Position numbers and translations under genes: made by a program
Notes under the pieces: generated by a model
Seen by the model: the letters and a program-made list of their open reading frames with translations, nothing else
What the model was told of the DNA's origin: nothing
Database searches by the model: none
Shown: in pieces, positions 12,395-22,648 of the stretch
How the letters are laid out: each line of letters opens with the position of its first letter
Position numbering within the stretch: the first letter of the stretch is position 1
Assembly: GCA_963805975.1 (NCBI GenBank)
Contig: CAWDVR010000003.1
Span: forward strand, 768,001 to 832,000
Source of the DNA: an uncultured Acidobacteriota bacterium
Lineage (GTDB): Bacteria > Acidobacteriota > Thermoanaerobaculia > Multivoradales > SZUA-115
Length of the DNA: 64,000 nt
Direction: 5' to 3'

Positions 12395-13126
12395 CTACTG
12401 GAGCTGGAAGTTCACGGTCAGCGTGTAGTACACGGTGACCGGCCTGCCGTTGAGGGTTGCGGGCTTGAACTTCCACTTTCTCACGGTTTCCACCGCGGCG
12501 GTGTCGAGCCCCATCGGCAGCCCTTTGAGCACCTTCACGCTCTCCACGTCGCCATTCTTGTTGATCACGGCTTCGACGATCACCACGCCCTGCACGCGCG
12601 CCCGGCGCGCGACCTCGGGGTAGCGCGGCAGCGGGGCGCTGATCTTGACCGGCGCCTGGATGTTGCCGCCGACGCGCAGGATCTCTTCCTGGACCGGGGG
12701 CGGAGCCTCGGTCGGGACGCCGCCCGGAATGCCGCCCAGGCTGCCGCCGGGGACGCCACCCTCGACGCCACCGGCGACGCCGTAGTCGGAGGTCACCGGC
12801 TCGACAGAGGCCTCGGGGATCACGTCCGGGATCTCGACCGGCTGCACCGGCTCCGTCGGCACCACCACGGGCTTCTCCTGCACCGCCTCCTGCTTGGCAG
12901 CCGGCGGCGGCGGCGGTGGCGGAGGGGGAGGTGGCGGCGGCGGCGCCGCGGTGGCGTAGAAGCTGACGTTGATCGGCGGCTCCGGCACCGCTTCGACCTG
13001 CCAGTACTGGGCGAAGACGAAGCTCATCAGAGCGATCAGGTGGATGGCGACCGCCACCGGCAGATTAATAAACCGCAGTTTGGGCAGCTTGCGCTTCTCG
13101 GACTCGATCAGGGAGTGCTCGAACAT
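12395..13126 (-). CDS. tonB: Energy transducer TonB
   Basis: N-terminal TM with His, poly-Pro tract, [10 protein letters not shown] and C-terminal [14 protein letters not shown]...WKFKPA. Confidence 0.92.
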   Translation of the reverse strand: MFEHSLIESEKRKLPKLRFINLPVAVAIHLIALMSFVFAQYWQVEAVPEPPINVSFYATAAPPPPPPPPPPPPPPAAKQEAVQEKPVVVPTEPVQPVEIPDVIPEASVEPVTSDYGVAGGVEGGVPGGSLGGIPGGVPTEAPPPVQEEILRVGGNIQAPVKISAPLPRYPEVARRARVQGVVIVEAVINKNGDVESVKVLKGLPMGLDTAAVETVRKWKFKPATLNGRPVTVYYTLTVNFQLQ

Positions 13127-13135
13127 GACTTCCCC

Positions 13136-13990
13136 CTAGGTTCCTGCTGCTTTGGCTTGTTGGGCGGCTTGTTTGGCTGCTTCGAGCTCGGCCTTCTGCC
13201 GCAGCTCGAGGGCCTTCTTGCGGATCTCCTCGGCCTGGGCGAGCATCTCCTGCTTCTTCACCAGGTCGGGCTCGAGCTCGATCTGCTCGCGGATCAGCAG
13301 GCCCTGGTAGACCATCGCCTCGTGATAGTCGGGCTTCAGGCGCACCGCTTCGGCCAGCACCTGCTTGCCGAAGTCGATCCACTGCTGCCGGACCACGAGG
13401 TCCGTGTCCCCGGCTTTCCGGGCCTGGTAGGCCTTGTCCCAGGCGGTGACGCCGATCGAGTAGAAGACCGCAGGGTCACTCTTCGACGCGTGGGCGCGCG
13501 CCCAGTTGTAGGCGTCCTGCAGCTTGTCCTGGCGGATGAGAACCGTGACGATGGCGCCGTCGACTTTCACGTCGGTGGGCTTCGAGGCGGCATCGGCCTT
13601 CAGATACCGGAGCGCGTCTTCGTACTGCCCGGCGTTCATGAAGGTCGTCATCATGTAGTCCTTGACCTTCTCGTCGGTCGGATAGGACTGCAGGTACTTC
13701 TGGAACGACTCGATCGCGAGCTGCCCGTACTTCTTGTTCTCGGGTGTGTCGAGGTCAGGCCGGAACATGGCCATGGCGGCGAGGCCGACGGAACGGTGCA
13801 CGAAGGTAGCGGTGGGATCGAGCGCGAGGCCGTCCTGGTACTGCTTGATGGCTTCGCGGTAGTTCTCCTTCGAGTAGGCCTCGTTGCCTTTCTTCATCTC
13901 GATGCGCGCCCTCATCTTCTGGCAGCCGGCGAGCGGCAGGATCACCGCCAGCGTCAGAAGCGAGAGCGCAACAGGGGCGACTTTACGCAT
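13136..13990 (-). CDS. TPR lipoprotein heading the tonB-exbB-exbD operon
   Basis: LAGC lipobox and TPR-like helices (GNEAYSKENYREAIKQYQDGLALDP; AVRLKPDYHEAMVY). Confidence 0.8.
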   Translation of the reverse strand: MRKVAPVALSLLTLAVILPLAGCQKMRARIEMKKGNEAYSKENYREAIKQYQDGLALDPTATFVHRSVGLAAMAMFRPDLDTPENKKYGQLAIESFQKYLQSYPTDEKVKDYMMTTFMNAGQYEDALRYLKADAASKPTDVKVDGAIVTVLIRQDKLQDAYNWARAHASKSDPAVFYSIGVTAWDKAYQARKAGDTDLVVRQQWIDFGKQVLAEAVRLKPDYHEAMVYQGLLIREQIELEPDLVKKQEMLAQAEEIRKKALELRQKAELEAAKQAAQQAKAAGT

Positions 13991-14238
13991 GGCGATCCTC
14001 ACTCGTCCCGATCGGTTCTCATGTCAGCAGAAAAGACGGCATGCAGCTTCGAGGCATGCACCCGATCGGGTCTCGCCATCAGCCTGACGGGCGATCCGCG
14101 GAGCTACCGAAGCTGCTGGCTCGGAATCCATCGTTACAGAGACTCTAGCACAACAAAAGCGCTGTCCAGTCAAGCTCGAAGAGCCCTGCCGCAGCCCTCG
14201 GGCAGTGTTCCATCCCCAAGCGCTGCAATAAGTTACGC

Positions 14239-15540
14239 TCATATCGAGAGATCTCCGCGCAGCTCTCCGGCCGAGCCGTCACCGGCCCTGTCCGACTCCC
14301 CTCTCGACACCACCACGGCCGCTGCGAGGTCACCCGTGACGTTCAGAGTCGTGCGGCACATGTCGAGAAAGCGATCGACTCCCAGGATCAGTCCGATACC
14401 TTCCACCGGCACGTTCACCATCCCCAGGATCAAAGCGACCACCGGGATCGATCCCGCCGGCACGCCCGCTGTTCCGATACCTCCCAGGATGCAGATCAGC
14501 AAAACGAGTGCCTGCTGCGAGAGAGAAAGGGACACCCCGTAGAACTGCGCCAGAAAGAGCACGGTGACGCCCTCGAAGAGCGCCGTGCCGTTCTGGTTGG
14601 CGGTGGCGCCGACCGTGAGCACGAAGCGGCTCACGTGGCGGGGCAGGCGGAGGTTCTGCTCGGCCACCTTGAGGGCCGTGGGCAGGGTGGCGTTGCTCGA
14701 GGCGGTGGAGAAGGCGGTGATCATCGCCTCCTGGATGCCGCGGAAGAAGGTGATCGGGCTCATGCCGCCGGCCAGCCGCACGGCGAGCGAGTAGACGACG
14801 AACTGGTGGATGGCGAGCGCCAGGACGACCACTCCCACGTAGCGCGCGAGCTGCACCAGGATCTCGTATCCCATCTGCGCGGTGAGCGTGAAAAGGAGTG
14901 CCGCGACACCGATCGGCGCCAGCGAGATCACGATGCCGATCAGCCGCATGGTGACCTCGTAAAGGCCCTCCAGCACCTCCTCGAAGCGGCGCGCGGCCGG
15001 GGTCTTGGCGAGCGTCAGACCGATGCCGATCGCGAGCGAGAAGAACATCACCGCCAGCATGTCGCCGTCGGCCATGGCCTTGATCGGGTTCGCGGGCACG
15101 ATCTGGATCAGCAGGTCGAGCCCCGTCTTGGGCGCGGTGGCGCCGGTGATCGCCTTGGCGCGGTCGCCGGCGCCCTCGGTGAGCCGAGCCCGGGTCTCCT
15201 CCGACATGCCGTCGCCGGGGCGCAGGGTGTTGACCAGGAAGAGGCCGAGCACGACCGCGATCGAGGACACGACGACCGTATAGAGGAGCGCTTTGAGGCC
15301 GATCCGGCCCAGGCTCTTCAGGTCGCCGAGGCCGGCGACGCCCAGCGCCAGCGCCGAGAAGATGAGCGGCACCACCAGCATGAAGAGCAGCCGCAGGAAG
15401 ATTTGTCCGATCGGCTGCGAAACGTACCGGACCGCGGCGTCGAGCGAAGGGCTGCCGCTCGCCATGACGTGCGCGGCGACACCCAGGCCGGCTCCGAGCA
15501 CGCCGCCGATCAGTACTCGGGTGTGAAGAGGAATGCGCAT
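14239..15540 (-). CDS. Dicarboxylate/amino acid:cation symporter (DAACS, GltP-like)
   Basis: AFSTASSNATLP, GATANQNGTAL, GTAGVP and GVDRFLDMCRTTLNVTGD. Confidence 0.94.
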   Translation of the reverse strand: MRIPLHTRVLIGGVLGAGLGVAAHVMASGSPSLDAAVRYVSQPIGQIFLRLLFMLVVPLIFSALALGVAGLGDLKSLGRIGLKALLYTVVVSSIAVVLGLFLVNTLRPGDGMSEETRARLTEGAGDRAKAITGATAPKTGLDLLIQIVPANPIKAMADGDMLAVMFFSLAIGIGLTLAKTPAARRFEEVLEGLYEVTMRLIGIVISLAPIGVAALLFTLTAQMGYEILVQLARYVGVVVLALAIHQFVVYSLAVRLAGGMSPITFFRGIQEAMITAFSTASSNATLPTALKVAEQNLRLPRHVSRFVLTVGATANQNGTALFEGVTVLFLAQFYGVSLSLSQQALVLLICILGGIGTAGVPAGSIPVVALILGMVNVPVEGIGLILGVDRFLDMCRTTLNVTGDLAAAVVVSRGESDRAGDGSAGELRGDLSI

Positions 15541-15590
15541 CCTTCGCCGGCCGGCGTCGCGCCGCTATACAGCGCGCGCTTCGCCGCTCC

Positions 15591-16892
15591 TCATTCCGGC
15601 AGCTCCTCGCTCTTGGGCTCGGGCAGATAGAAGCTCGCCGCCACCCCGATCAGCAGGGCCACGCCTCCCACCCACGCCGCCGCCTGCGCCAGGGGCATCG
15701 TGTTGGCCAGCTTGGAAGTCAGGAACGCGCCACCGGTCCCGAGCACCCTGCCGCCGACGTTGACGGCGAACCCCTCGCCAGTGCCTCGCAAGTGAGTCGG
15801 CAGCACTCGCGGCAGGTAGTTGCCCCAGAAGCTCATCTGCGATACCACCAGGAGGCCGCAGGCGAAGAGGCCCCAGCGCAGGAAGTCGAGGTCCTGGGTC
15901 GGAGCCAGCCAGAAGACCAGCGGCACCACCAGCAGGGCGGGGACCTGGAAGGTGCGCAGCAGCTTGCGGCGCGAGACGATGCGGACCACCAGGAGCGCGA
16001 GCAGCACACGGCCGGTGAGGCCGCCCCACTCCTGGAGCCATTGCACGTCCTTCGAGGCCAGGGCCTGGGCCTGGGGTGCCAACGTCGAGACGTCCGGGAG
16101 CGAGCGGGCGATCCGTGGCGCTTGCTGGATCGCCCCGAAGGCCACGGTGAAGGTGGTCATCACCATCAGGGTGCTCACCAGGGTGGTGCGGCGCAGGCCG
16201 GGAGCGAAGAGCTCGGCGATCGACGGGCGCTTCAAAGTGCCCGCCGCGCGCTTCTCCTGCCAGGCGAGCGACTCGGGCAGCCAGGGCCGCACCAGGATCA
16301 GCGGCAGGGCCGGAATGACGCCCGACATCAGCGTGTAGCGCCAGGCGTCGTGCCCGCCCATGATGGCCGGCAGCGAGGCACCGTACTTGACAGCCCAGCC
16401 GTAGGCCACGGTCACCAGCAGCCCGCCCAGGGAACCGAACGCCTGGGTGTAGCCCAACACCTTCTCGCGCAGCTTGGGCTCGGGGAAGAGCTCGGCCAGC
16501 CAGGCCACCCCGGCGATGAACTCCACACACACCCCGGCGAAGGTGAAGCAGCGCAGCACGAGCAGCATTTGGGGCGAGGTCGAAAAGCCGGCGGCGAAGG
16601 CAGAGAAGGCATAGATCAGGATGCTCCACACCAGCACCCGGCGGCGGCCGAAGCGATCGGTGAGGTAGCCGCCCACCAGCCCCAGGAGGCCGCCAAAGAT
16701 CGCCGGCACCCAGAACAGAAGCCCCACCCAGTGGTTGAGCTCCGGGCTGTTGGGCGCCGCGCCCAGAAGCTGAGCCAGCGCCGGGGTGGCGACCAGCGGC
16801 AGCATCAGCAGCTCGTAGGTGTCGAACATGAAGCCGAGCGAGGCGATGGCGCAGATCAGCCACTGCAGAGGAGTGAGGCGGGACAGGCGCAT
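15591..16892 (-). CDS. MFS transporter
   Basis: Motif A GYLTDRFGRRRVL, FDTYE in TM1, and PTHLRGTG. Confidence 0.9.
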   Translation of the reverse strand: MRLSRLTPLQWLICAIASLGFMFDTYELLMLPLVATPALAQLLGAAPNSPELNHWVGLLFWVPAIFGGLLGLVGGYLTDRFGRRRVLVWSILIYAFSAFAAGFSTSPQMLLVLRCFTFAGVCVEFIAGVAWLAELFPEPKLREKVLGYTQAFGSLGGLLVTVAYGWAVKYGASLPAIMGGHDAWRYTLMSGVIPALPLILVRPWLPESLAWQEKRAAGTLKRPSIAELFAPGLRRTTLVSTLMVMTTFTVAFGAIQQAPRIARSLPDVSTLAPQAQALASKDVQWLQEWGGLTGRVLLALLVVRIVSRRKLLRTFQVPALLVVPLVFWLAPTQDLDFLRWGLFACGLLVVSQMSFWGNYLPRVLPTHLRGTGEGFAVNVGGRVLGTGGAFLTSKLANTMPLAQAAAWVGGVALLIGVAASFYLPEPKSEELPE

Positions 16893-16918
16893 CGGGCTCC
16901 CTCTCTTGCGGTCAGTAG

Positions 16919-18700
16919 CTAGCGGCCGGCGCGTGCGGTGCCCAGGCGTAGGACCGATGCCCAGCCCAGAAGGCCGACGGCGAGGCCCGCGACGGCGCAC
17001 CAGGTCGCGATCGTGGCGCGCAGCGAGATGCCGGTATCGAAGAGGCTGGCTACGAGCCCGGCGATCGGCACCTGGTGGGGCATGAGAATGAGACCGATCC
17101 CCGCGGCCAGGAAACCGAGGCTGGCGAGCGACAGGCCTCCCGGGGTCTTCGTCGGCCGGCCCAGCTTCTGGCCCACCTTGCTGTGCGTGAAGCCGTAGGT
17201 CGAATAGACGGCCATCCCCAGCGCCAGCCAGCCGATGAATCGCCACCAGGAGGTCGGCGGCAGGAAGACCATCAAGCCGATGCACGAGGCGGCGCCCAGG
17301 AGGGCCAGTGGCCAGGCCCCGAGGCCGGGCACGCTCGGCACGCGGAAGCCGCTGCCGTGCTCGATCTCGCCCCTCGCCTCCTTGCGGCGCAGGAGCGGGA
17401 TGCCGATGCAGACCAGAACGAAGGCGAAGAGGGTGCCGATGTTGGTCAGGTCGACCATCTCGTCGATGTTCGCGACCCCGGCGATCAGGCCTACCACGAG
17501 GCCGGTGATGATGGTGGTGACGTGCGGCGTCTTGAACCGCGGGTGCACCCTGGCGAAGGTCTGCGGCAGCAGGCCGTCACGAGCCATGGCAAAGAAGATG
17601 CGCGGCTGGCCGAGCTGGAACACCAGCAGCACCGCCGTCAGGGCCACGACCGAGCCCAGGGCCACCAGGATGTTGGCGAAGTCGAAGTTGAGACCACCGC
17701 CGGCGGCCGTGCCCGCGGCGTGCTTGAGCGCCAGCGTCAGCGGCTCGGCGCGCTCCGTGGGAGAGGCGCTCTCGAGCACCGAGTAGGGGATCAGGCCGAT
17801 GAACACCGCGGAGACCACGATGTACAGCACGGTGCAGATGATGAGCGAGCTGAAGATGCCGATCGGCAGGTCGCGTTGCGGGTTCTTGGTCTCCTCCGCC
17901 ACCGTGGAAACGGCGTCGAAGCCGATGTAGGCGAAGAAGACCACGGCCGCTCCGGTCAGCGTTCCCTTCCAGCCGTTGGGTTGGAAGGGAACCCAGTTGG
18001 CCGCCATCTCCGAGGGCGACAGCAGCCACAGGCCCACGCCGACGAAGAACACCAGGATCAGCACCTTGAAGATCACCATCGCGGCGTTGAAGCGGGCCGA
18101 CTCGCGGATGCCCCACACCAGGACGGCGGTCACCGCGAGGACGATGGCGAAGGCCAGGACGTTGAAGACGATCGGGATCCCGAACAGGTGAGGCGCCTGA
18201 TCCAGCAACCCGGCCTTGGCGGCGCTCCGGTAGTCGGTCGAGAGCCAGATCGGAACGTCGATGCCGAGCCCGGACAGGAGGCTGCGGAAATAGCCCGCCC
18301 AGCTGATCGCCACCGCCACGTTGCCGATCGCGTACTCGATGATCAGGTCCCAGCCGATGATCCAGGCCACCAGCTCACCCAACGTGGCGTAGGAATAGGT
18401 GTAGGCCGAGCCCGAGATCGGCACCCGCGAGGCGAACTCGGCATAGCAGAGCGCGGTGAAGGCGCAGACCACCGCGGTGATGACGAAGGAGAGCATCAGC
18501 GACGGCCCGGCGCCGACGCGCACCGCGTCGCCGGCGGTGGCCGTGCCCACGGTGGTGAAGATGCCGGCGCCGATGATCGCGCCGACGCCGAGGAGCGTGA
18601 TCTGGAGCGGCCCCAGGGCGCGCTTGAGAGAGGAGCTCGGGTCGGAAGCCGAGGCCAGGATCTCGTCTAGGCTTTTGGTATGCAAGAGGGTACGGAGCAA
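16919..18700 (-). CDS. APC-superfamily amino acid permease (CAT-like) with extra C-terminal TMs
   Basis: GAIIGAGIF, GSAYTYSY, FFAYIGFDAVST and MARDGLLP. Confidence 0.93.
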   Translation of the reverse strand: MLRTLLHTKSLDEILASASDPSSSLKRALGPLQITLLGVGAIIGAGIFTTVGTATAGDAVRVGAGPSLMLSFVITAVVCAFTALCYAEFASRVPISGSAYTYSYATLGELVAWIIGWDLIIEYAIGNVAVAISWAGYFRSLLSGLGIDVPIWLSTDYRSAAKAGLLDQAPHLFGIPIVFNVLAFAIVLAVTAVLVWGIRESARFNAAMVIFKVLILVFFVGVGLWLLSPSEMAANWVPFQPNGWKGTLTGAAVVFFAYIGFDAVSTVAEETKNPQRDLPIGIFSSLIICTVLYIVVSAVFIGLIPYSVLESASPTERAEPLTLALKHAAGTAAGGGLNFDFANILVALGSVVALTAVLLVFQLGQPRIFFAMARDGLLPQTFARVHPRFKTPHVTTIITGLVVGLIAGVANIDEMVDLTNIGTLFAFVLVCIGIPLLRRKEARGEIEHGSGFRVPSVPGLGAWPLALLGAASCIGLMVFLPPTSWWRFIGWLALGMAVYSTYGFTHSKVGQKLGRPTKTPGGLSLASLGFLAAGIGLILMPHQVPIAGLVASLFDTGISLRATIATWCAVAGLAVGLLGWASVLRLGTARAGR

Positions 18701-18863
18701 AACATCCTCCCTGAGAGAAAGCGCTGGACCGGACCGTCGGCGTGCGCGGGATTGTACAGGAGAAAATTGCCGAGCAGGGCTGCTACACTACGCCGCCAGC
18801 AAGTCACTACAGAGCTCGCGGGCGGAGGTCGCACCGCGCGGTCCGCGGAGGGTCGGTGCCAGG

Positions 18864-20402
18864 ATGATCGCAGAGTCCGAAGGCCAGGCGTCTCACGGCA
18901 AGACCACCGGTTTCCTGAGGGAGCTGGGCCTCGGCGACTCGACGATGATCGTCGCCGGCTCGATGATCGGCTCCGGCATCTTCATCGTCTCGGCCGACAT
19001 CGCGCGGCTGATGGGCTCGGCGGGCGGCCTGCTCGCGGTGTGGATCGTCACCGGCCTGCTGACGGTGGCCGCGGCGCTCTCCTACGGCGAGCTCGCGGCC
19101 ATGATGCCGGCGGCCGGCGGCCAGTACGTCTATCTCCGCGAGGCCTACTCACCGCTCTGGGGCTTCCTCTACGGCTGGGCCCTCTTCCTCGTCATCCAGA
19201 CCGGCACCATCGCCGCGGTGGCGATCGGCTTCGCGCGCTTCCTGGGCGTGCTGGTGCCGTCGATCTCACCCACGGCCTGGATCGTCGAGCCGATCACCCT
19301 GTCCGACAAGTACGCCCTCTCGCTCTCGACGCAACAGCTCGTCGGCATCGTGATGATCCTCTTCCTCACCTGGCTCAACACGCGGGGCATCCGTCTGGGC
19401 AAGGTGATCCAGAACGTCTTCACCTCGACCAAGACCCTGGCGCTGGTGCTGCTGATCCTGGTCGGGCTGGTGCTCGGCTGGAACTCGGAAGCGGTGTCCG
19501 CCAACTTCGGCCAGCTCTGGACGGTGCAGAACCCCACCACCATCAAGCCGGACCTGCCCTTCCTCAGCCCGGTGACCGTGGGGAGCGGCGCCCTGGCTTT
19601 CCTCATCGCCTTCTGCGTGGCGCAGGTGGGCTCGCTCTTCTCTTCGGACGCCTGGAACAACATCACCTTCACCGCCGGTGAAGTGAAAGACCCGCGGCGC
19701 AACATCCCCCTGTCGCTCGCCGCCGGCACGCTCTTGGTCACCGGCCTCTACTGCCTCGCCAACCTGGCCTACCTGGTGACGCTGCCGCTCGCCGCCATCC
19801 AGACCGCGCCGGACGACCGCGTGGCCACCGCGGCGCTCGCCACCATCCTGGGGCCGGCCGGGGCCACGGTGATGGCGGTCGCCATCGTGATCTCGACCTT
19901 CGGCTGCAACAACGGGCTGATCCTGGCCGGCGCGCGCGTCTACTACGCGATGGCGAGGGACGGCCTCTTCTTCCGCCGCACCGGTGAGCTGAACAAGAAC
20001 CACGTGCCGGGTTTCGGGCTCCTGCTGCAAGGGCTGTGGGCAGCCTTCCTGGTGCTGCCGCGCACCCGCATCGTGGACCCGGCGACCGGCGGCGTGACCT
20101 ACGGCAACGTCTACAGCGACCTGCTCAACTACGTGGTCTTCGCGGTGCTCATCTTCTACGTGCTGACCATCGGCGGCCTGTTCGTCCTGCGCAAGAAGCG
20201 GCCCAACGCCGAGCGGCCCTACAAAGCCTTCGGCTACCCGCTGGTGCCGGCGCTCTACATGGTGGCGGCATCGACCATCGCCCTGGTGCTGCTGCTCTAT
20301 CAGACGCGGACCAGTTGGCCCGGCCTGGCGCTGGTCCTGACCGGCATCCCCGTGTTCTTCCTCTGGCGCCGCTCGGCCGCGGCGACCTCTTCCGACTCCT
20401 GA
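18864..20402 (+). CDS. APC-superfamily amino acid permease (LAT/APA-like)
   Basis: GSMIGSGIF, GGQYVYL, AGEVKDPRRNIP and RPYKAFGYP. Confidence 0.93.
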   Translation: MIAESEGQASHGKTTGFLRELGLGDSTMIVAGSMIGSGIFIVSADIARLMGSAGGLLAVWIVTGLLTVAAALSYGELAAMMPAAGGQYVYLREAYSPLWGFLYGWALFLVIQTGTIAAVAIGFARFLGVLVPSISPTAWIVEPITLSDKYALSLSTQQLVGIVMILFLTWLNTRGIRLGKVIQNVFTSTKTLALVLLILVGLVLGWNSEAVSANFGQLWTVQNPTTIKPDLPFLSPVTVGSGALAFLIAFCVAQVGSLFSSDAWNNITFTAGEVKDPRRNIPLSLAAGTLLVTGLYCLANLAYLVTLPLAAIQTAPDDRVATAALATILGPAGATVMAVAIVISTFGCNNGLILAGARVYYAMARDGLFFRRTGELNKNHVPGFGLLLQGLWAAFLVLPRTRIVDPATGGVTYGNVYSDLLNYVVFAVLIFYVLTIGGLFVLRKKRPNAERPYKAFGYPLVPALYMVAASTIALVLLLYQTRTSWPGLALVLTGIPVFFLWRRSAAATSSDS

Positions 20403-20419
20403 TCCGTGGAGGACCCTAG

Positions 20420-21904
20420 ATGTCGATCTTTGCCACGAAGTCGATTGACCAGATCAAAACCGAAGCGTCGGAAGGCGGTGCGCACAGCCTCAAGCGCGTG
20501 CTCACGGCCCTCGACCTGACGACCCTCGGCATCGGCGCCATCATCGGCACCGGCATCTTCGTGCTGACCGGCCAGGCGGCGGCGGCCCACGCCGGGCCGG
20601 CCATCGTGCTGTCGATGGTGCTGGCGGGCCTGGCGAGCGCGCTCGCCGGCCTCTGCTACGCCGAGTTCGCCTCCACGGTGCCCATCGCCGGCTCGGCCTA
20701 CACCTACGGCTACGCCACGCTGGGCGAGTTCTTCGCCTGGATCATCGGCTGGGACCTGATCCTCGAGTACGCCCTGGGCGCGGCCACCGTGGCGGTCGGC
20801 TGGTCCGGCTACATGGTGAGCTTCCTCGCCGACTTCGGCATCCAATTTCCGGCCACACTGGCGGCGGCGCCGGGAACCGTGACGACGCTCGCCGACGGCA
20901 GCACGGCGACGGCGGTGTTCAACCTGCCCGCGGTGCTCATCACGGCGCTGGTAACGACCCTGCTGGTGGTCGGCATCCAGGAATCGGCACGGGTCAATGC
21001 GGTGATCGTGATCCTCAAGGTCGCCGTGGTGCTGCTGGTGATCGCGGTCGGTGCGATGTTCATGGACACCGCCAACTGGAGCCCGTTCATCCCAGACAAC
21101 ACCGGCAAGTTCGGCGAATACGGCTGGAGCGGCATCGTGCGCGGCGCGGGAGTGATCTTCTTCGCCTACATCGGCTTCGACGCCGTGTCGACCGCGGCGC
21201 AGGAGGCGAAGAATCCGCAGAAGGACATGCCGATCGGCATCCTGGGATCGCTCGCCATCTGTACCGTCCTCTACGTGCTGGTCTCCGGCGTGATGGTCGG
21301 CCTGGTTCCCTACACCGAGCTCGGCGTCCCGGCCCCGATGGCGGTGGCGATCGACGCCGCCAAGGCCAAGGCCGCGGGCGGCAGCATGGCGGGCCTGGTG
21401 GGCGTCATGCCCTTCATCGTCAAGCTCGGCGCCATCGCCGGCCTCTCCTCGGTGATGGTGGTGATGATGCTCGGCCAGCCACGCGTCTTCATGTCGATGT
21501 CCAACGACGGCCTGCTGCCGGCCTGGGCGGGCAAGATCCATCCCCGGTTCCGCACGCCGTACGTCACCACGATCCTGACCGGCGTCATGGTGGCGATCGC
21601 CGCCGGCTTCACGCCGATCAACATCCTGGGCGAGCTGGTGTCGATCGGCACGCTCTTGGCCTTCGTGATCGTCTCGCTCGGCATCCTGGTGCTGCGCTAC
21701 AAGCGGCCTGACCTCCACCGTCCCTTCCGCACGCCGTGGGTGCCTTTCGTACCGATCCTCTCCGCACTGGTGGCCCTCGGCCTGATGGCCGGCCTGCCCT
21801 GGCACACCTGGGAGCGGCTGATCATCTGGATGGTGATCGGCGTGGTGCTCTACTTCCTCTACGGCTACCGCCACAGCAAGCTGCGCGGTTCTGGCGCAAG
21901 GTGA
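20420..21904 (+). CDS. APC-superfamily amino acid permease (CAT-like)
   Basis: GAIIGTGIF, GSAYTYGY, FFAYIGFDAVST and RPFRTP. Confidence 0.94.
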   Translation: MSIFATKSIDQIKTEASEGGAHSLKRVLTALDLTTLGIGAIIGTGIFVLTGQAAAAHAGPAIVLSMVLAGLASALAGLCYAEFASTVPIAGSAYTYGYATLGEFFAWIIGWDLILEYALGAATVAVGWSGYMVSFLADFGIQFPATLAAAPGTVTTLADGSTATAVFNLPAVLITALVTTLLVVGIQESARVNAVIVILKVAVVLLVIAVGAMFMDTANWSPFIPDNTGKFGEYGWSGIVRGAGVIFFAYIGFDAVSTAAQEAKNPQKDMPIGILGSLAICTVLYVLVSGVMVGLVPYTELGVPAPMAVAIDAAKAKAAGGSMAGLVGVMPFIVKLGAIAGLSSVMVVMMLGQPRVFMSMSNDGLLPAWAGKIHPRFRTPYVTTILTGVMVAIAAGFTPINILGELVSIGTLLAFVIVSLGILVLRYKRPDLHRPFRTPWVPFVPILSALVALGLMAGLPWHTWERLIIWMVIGVVLYFLYGYRHSKLRGSGAR

Positions 21905-21976
21905 TCCGGAGCGCTGCCGAGTAACCTGGGCCCTCACGGCCGAGACCTGAACCGGGTCTCGGCCGTATTCAGAAAG

Positions 21977-22273
21977 TCAGTAGTGGTAGCGCGCCTGCAG
22001 GAAGTCGATCCGATCCTGGCGCACGGTATAGACCAGGCGATGCTCCTGCGTGATACGACGCGACCAGCTTCCGGCAGCGAGGTGGCGTAGCGGCTCCGGC
22101 TTGCCGATGCCGACGAAGGGGTCGCGCAGGACGGCGTCGACCAACTGCAGGATCCGCAGGGCCGTCTTCCGGTCCGTCTCGACCCAGAAGCGAAGATCTT
22201 CCAGGAAGCCCTCCTGGAAGACGGCCTCCCGCTGTGTCCGACGCGAGCCGTCACTCCTCGGCGTCGAGCCCAA
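21977..22273 (-). CDS. yoeB: YoeB/Txe family toxin
   Basis: PFVGIGKPEPLRH, WSRRITQEHRLVY and C-terminal RYHY. Start uncertain. Confidence 0.93.
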   Translation of the reverse strand: MGSTPRSDGSRRTQREAVFQEGFLEDLRFWVETDRKTALRILQLVDAVLRDPFVGIGKPEPLRHLAAGSWSRRITQEHRLVYTVRQDRIDFLQARYHY

Positions 22274-22538
22274 CTTTCTTCTTGAGCTCCGTTACCGTCA
22301 TGCGGGTTCCGCGGCCGGTTTGCGCGGCGTGAAGGGCCTTGAGGAGACGCGCGGCGTTCTTGGGCGACCTCAGCAGATGGGCAGTCTCGGTGAGCCCGGC
22401 CAGCTCGGAGGCGGCAACCAGCGCCACGTCCTCGCGGCCCCGGCGCCGGATCACCACCGTCTCTCGGTCCTCACCGACGCGGTCGAGGATCTTGGCCAGA
22501 TTGGAGCGGGCGTGGGAGTAGGTAGTCTGTGTAGGCAT
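22251..22538 (-). CDS. yefM: YefM/Phd family antitoxin
   Basis: TYSHARSNLAKILDRV, VIRRRG and ETAHLLRSPKNAARL. Confidence 0.93.
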   Translation of the reverse strand: MPTQTTYSHARSNLAKILDRVGEDRETVVIRRRGREDVALVAASELAGLTETAHLLRSPKNAARLLKALHAAQTGRGTRMTVTELKKKVGLDAEE

Positions 22539-22556
22539 GTACAGAGAGATTGTACG
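22538..22556 (-). promoter_or_regulatory. Probable YefM-YoeB operator overlapping the -10 box
   Basis: TGTACA (22538-22543) and TGTACG (22551-22556). Minus strand reads TACAAT-N10-ATG. TGTACA is the known operator core of E. coli yefM-yoeB. Confidence 0.6.
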
Positions 22557-22648
22557 TGGAGCGGGGGCGCTGTTCAAGCCTTGTGTGCTGCTGACGCCTG
22601 TCTAGGGGATTGCTCCTCTCCCTTTCCCCGTGCCACACTTCCGCCGCT

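Noticed and set aside
12895-12950. GGC/GGT-rich low-complexity tract
   Set aside because: It encodes the normal poly-proline spacer of TonB.
21934-22254. Alternative 106-aa ORF starting at the GTG overlapping the yefM stop, raising a possible yoeB frameshift
   Set aside because: The YoeB motifs lie wholly in the 21977-22273 frame, which has a usable TTG start. A frameshift cannot be supported without reads.
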